Positions 25,445-34,298 of a stretch of 36,644 bases of DNA are shown one piece after another. The DNA lies in the IMG/VR virus record IMGVR_UViG_3300037420_001937, positions 1-36,644 of that record; one strand, 5' to 3'. Below the pieces are notes generated by a model that saw nothing but the letters and a program-made list of their open reading frames with translations, ran no database searches and had not been told where the DNA came from. A program made the position numbers and the translations under genes. The stretch comes from a virus. Taxonomy: Duplodnaviria > Caudoviricetes. The first letter of the stretch is position 1, and each line of letters begins with the position of its first letter.

Positions 25445-26377
25445 TCACTCGGCCACGCTGAAGAGCTGGCCCATGTTGTCGCGCACGACCTTCAGGCCGA
25501 AGCCCGCGTCGATCGTGACGACCCACCCCCCCTTGAGCTGGTTGTAACCCAGCTGGATGCGGATGGGGATGCCGGCGAAATCGACATAGGTGTATTCCAC
25601 CACCTTTTCATCGGGGGCCGGCAGCGGTCGGGTCACCAGCGCGATCGCCCACTTGTGCAGGTAGGCACAGGTGAACGTCCGGCTGCCGACGCTGCCGGAC
25701 GTGGGCATCTGCTGATCGAGCTTGACCGTCATCCCGTACGCGGTCGGCATCGTGCCGGTCTCGCGCACGAACTCGGCGGTCTTCATGCCGGCGATCTGGG
25801 CCTGGGTCCAGTTGCTGTCGCCGATGACGGCGGTGTAGACCGTCGACGGCAACAGGAGCGACATGCTCGCCGGGTCGTCCGCCACCGGCACGTTCTGATC
25901 CGCCAGGACCGCCATTCCCGACAGGAACTGGGCCGTGGTGATCAGGTGCGAGGTGGTCGAGATGGCGGTGTTGGTCGTGAAGTTCCCGGTCGTGAACAGA
26001 CCGGTGACCTTCTTGTTGATATAGGACTTCACGCCCTTCAAGGCCGCGTCGAGGAACACGTTCCGGATCGACAGCGGCGAATTGAACTGCTCGAAGTCGC
26101 GCACCAGGTACCCGAACTCGGGATGCTGGTTGAAGGAGATGGGGACGGTCGTGAACGCGATGTCCGTCAGGGGCAGGTCGCCCAGACCGGCATCCGCCAC
26201 CGAGTTGGTGGGGTCGGACGGGATCGCGACGTCGATGGTCTGGCCGATGGTGGCGGGCTCGGACTTGTAGTCCATGTACACCGACCCGGAGGCTTTCCAG
26301 GTGGGCGCGAGCAGCTGGCTGGCCTCTTCGGTGGCGGCCACCAGCGTCTGATAGAACGCGGAAATCGTGTTGGCCAT
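25445..26377 (-). CDS. Major capsid protein (P22 coat-like, HK97 fold)
   Basis: MANTI start, GQTIDVAIP, HKWAIALVTRPLPAP, IDAGFGLKVVRD; position after scaffold. Confidence 0.9.
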   Translation of the reverse strand: MANTISAFYQTLVAATEEASQLLAPTWKASGSVYMDYKSEPATIGQTIDVAIPSDPTNSVADAGLGDLPLTDIAFTTVPISFNQHPEFGYLVRDFEQFNSPLSIRNVFLDAALKGVKSYINKKVTGLFTTGNFTTNTAISTTSHLITTAQFLSGMAVLADQNVPVADDPASMSLLLPSTVYTAVIGDSNWTQAQIAGMKTAEFVRETGTMPTAYGMTVKLDQQMPTSGSVGSRTFTCAYLHKWAIALVTRPLPAPDEKVVEYTYVDFAGIPIRIQLGYNQLKGGWVVTIDAGFGLKVVRDNMGQLFSVAE

Positions 26378-26409
26378 CGGAGGGTAAGACCTCGCTTACC
26401 CAGGTCGGC

Positions 26410-27120
26410 TTACCCGTCGATGATGTCGAGGGTGCCGTTCTTCTGGGCTTCGGCCACGGCTTTCGAGTTGCGCGGGTCGAGCTTCCAACGCGGGTCCTGA
26501 AGTTGGGACTTCGTAACCCGGAGCCGACTCGCGTTCGTGTCGGGGACTCCCCGACCGCTGCTGGAAGCACTCTCGAGCGGAGGCCTCGCCGGCAGCTTCT
26601 GATGCCCTCCCGGGCCAGCGGCGGGCGTCTCGCCCGTTGCGACCTTGAACAGGTAGGGCTTCGCGCCCTGGGCCTGCTGGAAGGCCGCCGTGACCTTGGC
26701 CGCGTCGGGAACCTCGCCCTTCGCGGTGTATTTGATCGCGTCCCAGACGTCGTTCAGGGACACACCTTCGTTGAGGGTGTACTTCACTTCCTTGCCGTCC
26801 TGGCCCTTCACAGTGAAGGTCGGCGCTTCCTTGGGCTTTCCCAGGAAGGCGTCCGAGTGGTCGCGTGCGTCGAGCTTCCCCTGCAGCTCGGCGACCTGGT
26901 TGGCCAGGCCGTTGGGTCCGGCCTCGACCTTCGACTTCCAGCTGTCGCGGTCGGTGGTCACCGTGGTGAGCTGCGCCTTCGTCTCCGCATGGGCCGCGAC
27001 TTCTGCCTTGAACGCCTTGCGGCGCTTCGCCGCCTCGCTGTTCGCGGCGGCCAGGTCACCCTCCAGCTGGCTGATGCGCTTCAAGAGGGCGTCGGTCGTG
27101 TTCGATGCTTCACCGCTCAT
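26410..27120 (-). CDS. Capsid scaffolding protein
   Basis: ANSEAAKRRK coiled coil, KPYLFK motif; directly before capsid gene. Confidence 0.8.
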   Translation of the reverse strand: MSGEASNTTDALLKRISQLEGDLAAANSEAAKRRKAFKAEVAAHAETKAQLTTVTTDRDSWKSKVEAGPNGLANQVAELQGKLDARDHSDAFLGKPKEAPTFTVKGQDGKEVKYTLNEGVSLNDVWDAIKYTAKGEVPDAAKVTAAFQQAQGAKPYLFKVATGETPAAGPGGHQKLPARPPLESASSSGRGVPDTNASRLRVTKSQLQDPRWKLDPRNSKAVAEAQKNGTLDIIDG

Positions 27121-27186
27121 AAATGGATCGGTCCTGGTCTGGGGATCGGGGTACCGGCGACTGCAACGCGTGATGACGTGGAGGCG

Positions 27187-27621
27187 TTACGCCTTGGCGG
27201 GAACGGGAGCGGCGGGCTTCTTGGCCTCGGTGAGCTCCGACTCCAGCTCGGCCACCACATAGTGCTGCTTGTGGAACGCGTCATGAAGCCGTTCGTCGGG
27301 CGGGAAGGGACGCATCGGCGGGTTGAACAGGTCCGGCTCAAACGGCTCGTCCGGATGGGTCTGCTTCCATTGCAGCTTGGCCTTGTCGATCCGGTCCTGC
27401 TGGAGCTGGCACCGCCGGCGGTCGAACTCGACCTTGGGGTGGAGCTCCCGCAGTTGGCCCCGGGCCCGCTCGAGCTCAGCCTTGATCGTCGCGACCGGCC
27501 GCTTCGGCACGGGGGCCACCAGCTGGATCGGAGGAAGCGGCGTGGCCGGTGCCGGGACCGGGACCTGCGGGGTGTTGTCGAGCGGCTCGCCATCACCCAC
27601 CAGGTCGTCATTCGTCGTCAT
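27187..27621 (-). CDS. Hypothetical coiled-coil protein
   Basis: GAGGAG RBS; between portal and scaffold. Confidence 0.65.
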   Translation of the reverse strand: MTTNDDLVGDGEPLDNTPQVPVPAPATPLPPIQLVAPVPKRPVATIKAELERARGQLRELHPKVEFDRRRCQLQQDRIDKAKLQWKQTHPDEPFEPDLFNPPMRPFPPDERLHDAFHKQHYVVAELESELTEAKKPAAPVPAKA

Positions 27622-29176
27622 CGTCGTCCGTCTCCTCATCGTTGGAGGTGTCGTCGGTCAAGTCGTCATCGTTGGCGCCGTCGCCGCCGTCTTCGCTCCC
27701 TCCGCCTGAGCCGTCCTGGTTGTCGGCCTGGGCGACGTCGAGGGAGGAAAACAGCTGCTGCTCGCGCTCGAGGTCCTGGGCGGTCTCCTCGAGCTGCTTC
27801 TCCGCTTCCTCGCGGGTGAGGTTGTCCCGCTCCATGAGGAGCTGGGTGCGGGAGCGGAACCGGTTGTCGAGCAGCCACTGATCGCCGCGGTCGCGTTCCT
27901 CGCCCGGCAGCTTCGGGTACATGCTCGGCCACCGCAGCACCAGGCCCGGCTGCTCGGCGACCTGCAGCAGCTGGTCGCCCGTCGCCCGGTACTCCTGGTA
28001 CCGCTGGCTGCCCAGGTGCTTCGCTCCGATCGTCAGCACCAGCTTCGCCAGCTGATCCTCGTAGTGAGCGAACGGCCGCTGCCGCGACTGGGCCCAGAGG
28101 ATCAGCGGGATCTGCTCGGCGACGATCGCCACGCCGCTGCGGGCACTGTCCTGCGTCAGCCGGATCGTCGCCGGCGGCACCCCGTGCAGCTCCATCGTCA
28201 GGTCGAGATAAGACTGGATGTCGTCCCAGCCCGCGGCCACGAACGAGCTGTCGGCCTGCAGGTACTCCACCTCCTGCTTGGGGTCGCCTTCGGCCCCGTC
28301 GCCCATTGCCGGCAGGTCCCAGTAGTCACCTGGGCTGATGGGCGATGGCGGCCGCCAACCGGCCCGGACGTTCTTGCCGACGATCACCGGCCGCAGGTTG
28401 TACCGGACGCAGTCGAAGCCCTCGGTCAGCGCGAAGTTGGCGCCGTCGTTGACCTCGCGAAGGTTCGTGCCCGGGCCGTCGGTGTGGAAGTAGCAGGTGG
28501 GGAAGTCCCAATGCACGAATGAGAATGGGAGGATGCCAAAGGCGTTCGGCTCGGTGGCTCGTAGCTTGTACGCCGTGGCCCCGTTGGGCTGGCCCGGGTT
28601 CCACTCGCTGGTCAGGTAGGTCCGCTTCTCGTCGGGCGTCCAGAGCCGCAGCCGCCGCTGCTGGTTGTAGCAGTCGAGCGTGGCCACGGCGAGCGGCTTG
28701 AGCGCGTCGTCGGGGTCGAGCCACACCACCAGCTCGTTGGCGCGCCACAGGTGGATCCGCACCGGCCGGTCGGGGTCGGGGTCGGGCAGGACCTGGAAGC
28801 CGGCGAAATCACCCACGGCGCTCATGCGGTCGGCGTCCTGCCAGTAGGCATCCGCCGCGTTAGCGCGATAGACCGAGTTGAGCCAATCGGACGCCGCGAC
28901 GTAGGGCTTGTCCGCGACGCCGGCGGGCGCCTTGAGCGTCCGCCGCGGTCCGTGCCCGTACAGGTTGGCCGTCAGCGCCTGGACGATTCGCCGCATCACG
29001 AGCGCGGTGCGGGGATAGCGCTTCGCATCGTACTGGCTGCCTGGGGTCCGCGGGGGAAACCGCGAAAAGTCGCCCCTGTAGAACTCCAGGTTGTACAGCG
29101 CGTCGTCGAGGCGCGCGGTCTCGTTGCGGAGGCCCGCGCGGATCTCGGAGTCGATCGAGCTCACCAGGTCGGGCAC
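27608..29176 (-). CDS. Portal protein (SPP1 gp6-like)
   Basis: FYRGD, PNAFGILPFSFVH, ARSGVAI, acidic C-terminal tail; 522 aa. Confidence 0.9.
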   Translation of the reverse strand: MPDLVSSIDSEIRAGLRNETARLDDALYNLEFYRGDFSRFPPRTPGSQYDAKRYPRTALVMRRIVQALTANLYGHGPRRTLKAPAGVADKPYVAASDWLNSVYRANAADAYWQDADRMSAVGDFAGFQVLPDPDPDRPVRIHLWRANELVVWLDPDDALKPLAVATLDCYNQQRRLRLWTPDEKRTYLTSEWNPGQPNGATAYKLRATEPNAFGILPFSFVHWDFPTCYFHTDGPGTNLREVNDGANFALTEGFDCVRYNLRPVIVGKNVRAGWRPPSPISPGDYWDLPAMGDGAEGDPKQEVEYLQADSSFVAAGWDDIQSYLDLTMELHGVPPATIRLTQDSARSGVAIVAEQIPLILWAQSRQRPFAHYEDQLAKLVLTIGAKHLGSQRYQEYRATGDQLLQVAEQPGLVLRWPSMYPKLPGEERDRGDQWLLDNRFRSRTQLLMERDNLTREEAEKQLEETAQDLEREQQLFSSLDVAQADNQDGSGGGSEDGGDGANDDDLTDDTSNDEETDDDDDE

Positions 29177-29192
29177 GGGCCGTCCTCGGACG

Positions 29193-29417
29193 TCAGAGGA
29201 TGGGCTGGACGATCGCGTGGCTCACCAGCACCGGCGGCGGGCCCGCCTCCACGGTGAGCGTGAGGGAGGCGAGCCGCGGGTCGACCATCATCGGATGGAG
29301 GGCCGGCGCCTCCTTGGCGCGGCGGATCCGCTCCGAAAGCTCCCACGCTGCGCGGCTGACGGCCGGCATCGGAAGCGGGGGGCGTCCCAATCCCGGCAGC
29401 GCATGATTGTGTCGCAT
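29193..29417 (-). CDS. Hypothetical protein (74 aa)
   Basis: Tightly packed in late operon. Confidence 0.5.
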   Translation of the reverse strand: MRHNHALPGLGRPPLPMPAVSRAAWELSERIRRAKEAPALHPMMVDPRLASLTLTVEAGPPPVLVSHAIVQPIL

Positions 29418-29420
29418 GCT

Positions 29421-29669
29421 TCAAATCTCCCAGCAGTCGCTGACGACCTTCTCGGGCTTGCCGGGATCAGGCCCCCAGCTGGGGTTCCAGTTGAGCCGCA
29501 TGGAATTGGCGATCAGAGCGCCGAGGGGAGTCCCTCCCTGCTCGACGAAGCGAGCCAGCATCTCCCTCATCGCCTGGAGTCCGCCCCGGAAGAGTTCCTC
29601 GGCCCGCTCCTCGGTGACATAGCCTTCCATCCCGTTGGAGTCGCTGTCTCCCCAGGCCTCGTAGCTCAT
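29421..29669 (-). CDS. Hypothetical protein (82 aa)
   Basis: GAGGAG RBS; FRGGLQAMREMLARFVEQ..SMRLNWNPSWG. Confidence 0.75.
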   Translation of the reverse strand: MSYEAWGDSDSNGMEGYVTEERAEELFRGGLQAMREMLARFVEQGGTPLGALIANSMRLNWNPSWGPDPGKPEKVVSDCWEI

Positions 29670-29683
29670 GACTTGATCGCTCC

Positions 29684-29896
29684 TCAGGTGGCCGGGTGCA
29701 CGGTGACCGCCGGTTTATCCGCGTGGGGGGCGTCCGGATCCGGCCAGACCCAGCCGGCCTCACGCGCCTTGGTGAGGGTCAGTGCGACCGCGGCGTAAGG
29801 GTCCCGGGCCACAGAGGAGAGGCCCGTCTCGGGCGACTCGCCCAGTGTGGCCCGCCAGACGCCGGAATCCTTGTGGACGGTGATCGTGCCGGTCAT
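29684..29896 (-). CDS. Hypothetical protein, weakly HicB-N-terminal-like
   Basis: ATGA overlap; ITVHKDSGVWRATLGESPETGLSSVARDPYAAV. Confidence 0.6.
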   Translation of the reverse strand: MTGTITVHKDSGVWRATLGESPETGLSSVARDPYAAVALTLTKAREAGWVWPDPDAPHADKPAVTVHPAT

Positions 29897-30309
29897 GTGT
29901 CGTCGCAGTCCTCGCCGTCGTCCGGGTCGCCCTCGCAGTCCTCGCCGACGACGCGGAGCGAGGGAGGCAGTTCGAGGATGAGCCGAGACCCCGCCGGAAG
30001 AGAGCGGAAGAACCTGATGGGGTGGTCGTCGCGCGAGACGAGCTTGTTGATGGTGTTCCTGGCCTCGGACAGCTCGCCCTTGGCCCTCATGAGCTCGCCC
30101 CGGGCGAAATCGGCATCGCACTGGGCCTTCTCGGCGATGCCCTTCAGCGACCGGTTGGGGTCAGCCGTATCCGCCGATGCGAGCACGCGTGTCCGGAGCG
30201 CCTTGACCCGGGAGAGAACCAGGGCGTTGACCGCGTGCACGGTGCCGTCCTCGTTGGTCAGCTCCTCCTCGATCGCGGCGAGCGCCGTGGCGATTTCGTG
30301 GTGATTCAT
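29893..30309 (-). CDS. Hypothetical coiled-coil protein (138 aa)
   Basis: GAGG RBS directly after terL stop. Confidence 0.65.
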   Translation of the reverse strand: MNHHEIATALAAIEEELTNEDGTVHAVNALVLSRVKALRTRVLASADTADPNRSLKGIAEKAQCDADFARGELMRAKGELSEARNTINKLVSRDDHPIRFFRSLPAGSRLILELPPSLRVVGEDCEGDPDDGEDCDDT

Positions 30310-30318
30310 AAACCCTCG

Positions 30319-31728
30319 CTAATCATTGAACGCGAACAATTGCCCCGCCGTGTCCGCATGGTTGGGGCTGTGCTTGAGCCGCTTGGCGAACTCGTCCTTG
30401 TCCTCGAGCTGGATCCGGCCCTTGTTGTCCTGCGTGTACCGGAGGCCTTGGAGCTCGGGGCGGATCTTCGCCAGGAGGTCAGGCCGGATCGCAAACGGGT
30501 GCTGGGGCACCGAGACGCCCGAGTCGAGGATGACCATACGCTTCGGGTCGAGGCGCTGACGCATCCGCCAGGCGGCAGCCGCGCGGAGGTTGGCGAACTT
30601 CTTGCCCCCTTCGTTCCCGCCGCGGTAAGGCCTCGCCCCGCGGATGCCGACCGCCTCGAGCCGGTTGCCGAAGTCGGCCCCGATGCCCGCCACATCCCAG
30701 CTGATCCGGTGATGCTCGACGCCCCAGCGCTGCGCCTTCAGGGCCGCCTTGTGGGCCGTGGTCTCGAAGTTCCAGTTGGGCGAGTGGTCCCAGTCCACGA
30801 TGCCGTTGTCGTCGCGGACCCCGATGACCGAGTCGTCGCCGCCGCGGCCCTCGCCCAGGTCGATGGCCAGCCGCATCGGGCCGGACCGCTTGTGGATCGT
30901 CTCGCCGGCGAGGTTGAGCCAGCCGGTGGGGATGACCGCTTCGATGCCCGAGTCCGGGAACAGTCCCAGGACGTGAGTCAGCCACCAGAGACTGTGCTCG
31001 CCGTAGTCGTTGCGGGCCTTGGCCAGCCAGGTCGCATCCGCCAGTCCCCAGGGCGACCTGGGCAGGTCGATGTGGGGCGACTCGAGCGAGCTGATCTGGA
31101 TGACCTGCGACAGGCCCGGCAGCGGCCGCTGACATCGCTCGTAGAACTGACCGAAGGGCCAAAGGGGGTTGCCGGTGGCGAGCAGCCGGGACGGGTTGAG
31201 GCTGTCGACGGCCTCCCAGATCGGATCGACGATCCCTGACGCTTCGTCCAGGATCGCGGCGACGTCGGCTCCGTGGTGGCCCGAGAACCGCTCCACCTTC
31301 GTCGTGGAATAGGCCAGGGCCTGCCAGCCCTCGCCCAGGTCGACCTTCAGCGGCGATCGCAACAGGCGGCCGCCCAGGGGCACTCGCGAGCCGCGGTAGG
31401 CCCGCTCGACTTCCTTCCAGAGCACTTCCTCGAGCTGCGTCTGGCTGGGGGCCGTGGCAACCACCAGGCTGCCCGGATGCTCGAGCAGGAACCAGTGAAG
31501 CAGGCCCGAGTCGACGAAGCTCTTGCCGACCCCGTTCCCCGTGTGGACGTACGTCGCCGGCGACTCGACGAACGACGTGCAGATATCCCTCTGCTTTGAC
31601 CAGTAGCCGACGTTCCCGAGCTGGTCCGGTTTGTCGCGACCGAGGATGGTTTCATTGAACCGGGCCGGGTCCGTCCGGCACGCTACCAGCTCCCGGGCGA
31701 TCGCCTCCCTCTCGCTCGCGCTGCTCAT
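30319..31728 (-). CDS. terL: Terminase large subunit
   Basis: Walker A TGNGVGKS, Walker B AILDEASG, motif III ATGNP, nuclease LAIDLG..GDDSV, SPNHAD. Confidence 0.96.
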   Translation of the reverse strand: MSSASEREAIARELVACRTDPARFNETILGRDKPDQLGNVGYWSKQRDICTSFVESPATYVHTGNGVGKSFVDSGLLHWFLLEHPGSLVVATAPSQTQLEEVLWKEVERAYRGSRVPLGGRLLRSPLKVDLGEGWQALAYSTTKVERFSGHHGADVAAILDEASGIVDPIWEAVDSLNPSRLLATGNPLWPFGQFYERCQRPLPGLSQVIQISSLESPHIDLPRSPWGLADATWLAKARNDYGEHSLWWLTHVLGLFPDSGIEAVIPTGWLNLAGETIHKRSGPMRLAIDLGEGRGGDDSVIGVRDDNGIVDWDHSPNWNFETTAHKAALKAQRWGVEHHRISWDVAGIGADFGNRLEAVGIRGARPYRGGNEGGKKFANLRAAAAWRMRQRLDPKRMVILDSGVSVPQHPFAIRPDLLAKIRPELQGLRYTQDNKGRIQLEDKDEFAKRLKHSPNHADTAGQLFAFND

Positions 31729-32062
31729 AGCGCCGGGCCGCCGCGATCAGGTCCCGAACCACGTCGGCCGCCGTCGGGGCGTCGCCGGCGTCACCATCGC
31801 GATCGAGCCGCTCTCGGGCCAGGTCGATCGACTGCTGGCGGAGGTTGAGGCTGTCGGCGGCCAGGATCGTCCGCAGCGCCATGATCCGCTCACGCGTGCT
31901 GGCCTTGCCGGAGCGCGAGAGCTTGTCGAGCCGCCGCAGGATCCGCATCCGCGACTTCGGCGAGATCGGCCAGGCCGCCCGGAACGCCTGGCGCTCGAGC
32001 GCCATCTCCGAGCGGCTGGGCGTGTCCTCCCCCTGGCCCCCTTCGCGCGATGACTCGTCCAC
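31652..32062 (-). CDS. Putative terminase small subunit
   Basis: Immediately upstream of terL; helical W.I...R..I / RERIMALRTILAADSLNL. Confidence 0.6.
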   Translation of the reverse strand: MDESSREGGQGEDTPSRSEMALERQAFRAAWPISPKSRMRILRRLDKLSRSGKASTRERIMALRTILAADSLNLRQQSIDLARERLDRDGDAGDAPTAADVVRDLIAAARRYEQREREGGDRPGAGSVPDGPGPVQ

Positions 32063-32071
32063 ATCGGGGAC

Positions 32072-32290
32072 TCAGGCGGCCCGGCGGCGGAGCTTGGCGA
32101 AGGCCTGCATTGACGCGAGCACGGCCCTGGCCACCGCGACGACGCGGGATCGGAGCGGCCGGGGGCCGGCGGCCCACAATCGCCGCCGGCGGATATCCTT
32201 CAAGGCACGAGCCACATAGCGATCGAAGCTGTAGCGGCTCATCCGCCGGCCATCAAGGATCCGGCGCGGGGGCTCGGTTGGGATGCGCAT
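32072..32290 (-). CDS. Small basic hypothetical protein
   Basis: Packs between holin-like gene and terS; start uncertain (32290 or 32308). Confidence 0.45.
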   Translation of the reverse strand: MRIPTEPPRRILDGRRMSRYSFDRYVARALKDIRRRRLWAAGPRPLRSRVVAVARAVLASMQAFAKLRRRAA

Positions 32291-32297
32291 GGGCGTC

Positions 32298-32546
32298 TCA
32301 GGGGACATGGTGTTCGTACGATTCGACGGGGGGCTTGGGCTGCGGGCGGGGGGGCCGCAGGTCGGCGAAGGTCCGCGCCAGGTGGCATGCGCCGACAACA
32401 ACGTGGTACAGGATCCCGACGACCAACGAGGCGCAGGTCAGGATGAGGACGGCCCGCTGGCTGGCCAGGCCTGAGCCAACCGCGAGCACGACGCCCACGC
32501 CGTCGGAGATCCAGCCCGGCAGACCGTGGAGGTGTCGATCGCTCAT
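32298..32546 (-). CDS. Two-TM membrane protein, holin-like
   Basis: GAGG RBS; hydrophobic GVGVVLAVGSGLA and AVLILTCASLVVGILYHVVVG. Confidence 0.6.
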   Translation of the reverse strand: MSDRHLHGLPGWISDGVGVVLAVGSGLASQRAVLILTCASLVVGILYHVVVGACHLARTFADLRPPRPQPKPPVESYEHHVP

Positions 32547-32590
32547 GACGCGCCTCGGTGCAGAGGGGAAGCCGTGGTTTGCGGGTCAGC

Positions 32591-32758
32591 TCAGCCGTTG
32601 ACGGTGCCGTTGGTGGCGTGGACGGCTCCGCCGATTCCGATGATCGCGCCGGCACCGAACAGGTCCTGCAGCGCGGCCGTCGGGTCGTGCTGGTTGAACA
32701 GGTGGTACAGCGCCAGGCCGACGAGACCGACCGCGGGAAGATACGTGAGCAGCTTCAC
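32591..32758 (-). CDS. Small two-TM protein, holin-like (55 aa)
   Basis: GTGA overlap with protease stop; LLTYLPAVGLVGLALYHLF and LFGAGAIIGIGGAV. Confidence 0.65.
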   Translation of the reverse strand: MKLLTYLPAVGLVGLALYHLFNQHDPTAALQDLFGAGAIIGIGGAVHATNGTVNG

Positions 32759-33600
32759 GGGGACACCTTCGCACAAAGCGTGGGGGTGAAGGTCAGCCGG
32801 TACTCGCCGGCTGCCGGGACGGTGAAATCGAGCTCGAAGGGCTCACACGAAACCGAAGGGTTGGAGGGGTCGCCGGCGGCCGCCGGCGGAGCCGTCGGCG
32901 TCGACGGGGCCGGCGGGCCGCAGAGGGCCTGGAAGACGGCAACGTCGCCAGGCTGGGGGCCCTTGATCGCACGGTCCAGGGTCGGGGCCATCAGGTTGCC
33001 CGGGCCGCTGTGACCGGCGCCGAGGATGTGGCCGAGCTCGTGGGCCATCATGAGCGTCATCGTATCGTCGTCGAGCTGCTCAGCCCGGTCGAAAGTCTGG
33101 TGCAGGACGCCGGTGTAGCCCCGGGTCGGGGGCAGCTCCGAGAGGGCCAGGACGTTCCACTGGCCGTCGATCGTCGCGGTCCTGGCCAGGATCTGGGCGG
33201 CGGAGGGGTCGCTGGTGGGCTCGAACTGCATCCCGCAGACAGCGGAGATCAGCCGGGTGGCGCGGAGGTAATTGGCCTCCACCCGCGCGGGGTCAACCCC
33301 CGGATAGGCGATCTGCTGGAAGTAGCGGAGCTTGCTCAGGCCCCAGTTGGGGGCGCCCAGACCCCAGGCGAGCGGCATCACGTCGGGGTGGGCGCAGCGG
33401 GGCCTGGCCAGGTGCGAGGTGACGCCGGCGTCGAGCTGGCCCGTCGCCGGCAGCCCGTGAAAGATCTGGTACCGCCGGAGCAGGACCTGCTCGCCCTCGT
33501 TGAGGGCCCAGCGGAGGAAGGCTTCCCCCATCGCCTCGAACTCGAGGGCGTGGCCGAGCTTCCACAGCACCTTGGCGACTTCGATCCAATCGGCGATCAT
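32755..33600 (-). CDS. Matrixin (M10A, MMP-like) metalloprotease with pro-domain and cysteine switch
   Basis: LRRYQIFHGLPATGQLD..PRCAHPDV pro-domain; HELGHILGAGH zinc site; LMAP Met-turn; DVAVFQALCG. Confidence 0.92.
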   Translation of the reverse strand: MIADWIEVAKVLWKLGHALEFEAMGEAFLRWALNEGEQVLLRRYQIFHGLPATGQLDAGVTSHLARPRCAHPDVMPLAWGLGAPNWGLSKLRYFQQIAYPGVDPARVEANYLRATRLISAVCGMQFEPTSDPSAAQILARTATIDGQWNVLALSELPPTRGYTGVLHQTFDRAEQLDDDTMTLMMAHELGHILGAGHSGPGNLMAPTLDRAIKGPQPGDVAVFQALCGPPAPSTPTAPPAAAGDPSNPSVSCEPFELDFTVPAAGEYRLTFTPTLCAKVSP

Positions 33601-33704
33601 TCCGGTCTCCAGGGTTCGAAGCCCATGCACACGACCCCGATCAGGATGCCCAGGATCACCCAGAGCAGCTCATGCCCGACGAGGGACAGGAACCGGCCGA
33701 TCAC
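33597..33704 (-). CDS. 35-aa single-TM peptide
   Basis: GTGA and ATGA overlaps on both sides; LLWVILGILIGVVCMGF. Confidence 0.65.
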   Translation of the reverse strand: MIGRFLSLVGHELLWVILGILIGVVCMGFEPWRPE

Positions 33705-34006
33705 GGCTTCCGGTACCCGAGCGACTTCAGGACCTGCAGGGCGTCGGACCAGGTCGGGAACGCCTTGCCGGTCTCTTGCTTGAACCGCGCGATCGCCTTG
33801 AGGAACTCGGACTCGTCGTCCTCGTACGGCGTGTCGCAGGTCGCCGGGTTGCGGGTGCCGCGCCGTTTGCTCACCGCGCCGGCCAGGCCGGCGCGGATCG
33901 TCTGCGCGGCCTTGGTACCCTTGGGCTGGGACTGGGCCAGCTTCGGCTCCGGTGGGAGACCGGGCGTGGCCCGGAGCAGGTCCAGGACGGGGGCGCGGCG
34001 AGCCAT
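33701..34006 (-). CDS. Homologue of a conserved planctomycete small protein
   Basis: NPATCDTPYEDDESEFLKAIARFKQETGKAFPTWSDALQVLKSLGYRK resembles the recalled DPTTCERDY..EFM.AM..YK..GR.FPTWSEVLEVL..LGYRK family. Confidence 0.75.
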   Translation of the reverse strand: MARRAPVLDLLRATPGLPPEPKLAQSQPKGTKAAQTIRAGLAGAVSKRRGTRNPATCDTPYEDDESEFLKAIARFKQETGKAFPTWSDALQVLKSLGYRKP

Positions 34007-34092
34007 GGTGCGGTCCCGAAGGCGGTGCGGATTGCGTTGCCTCTAAGGGATGGCTGCGCGCGGTGTCACGTTCGGGGGTGTGTTGGGCGTGG

Positions 34093-34293
34093 TCAACTGT
34101 CGATCCGGCCGACGGTTGCGACAATCTCGAGCCGTTCCGTTTGCTCGCCCGCTTCCATCTCGAGATCGTCGAGGATTCGCGCGATCTGAGTGGTCGAGAG
34201 CCGGGTGAGCCGGGCGAGGGCCCGAAGGCCGATACCGGCCCGGTGGCAACGAAGAATGTCGAGGTTGCGTCGCCGGCGAAAGGAGGGAGTCAT
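34093..34293 (-). CDS. Small HTH protein
   Basis: RNLDILRCHRAGIGLRALARLTRLSTTQIARIL. Confidence 0.7.
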   Translation of the reverse strand: MTPSFRRRRNLDILRCHRAGIGLRALARLTRLSTTQIARILDDLEMEAGEQTERLEIVATVGRIDS

Positions 34294-34298
34294 CGTGG

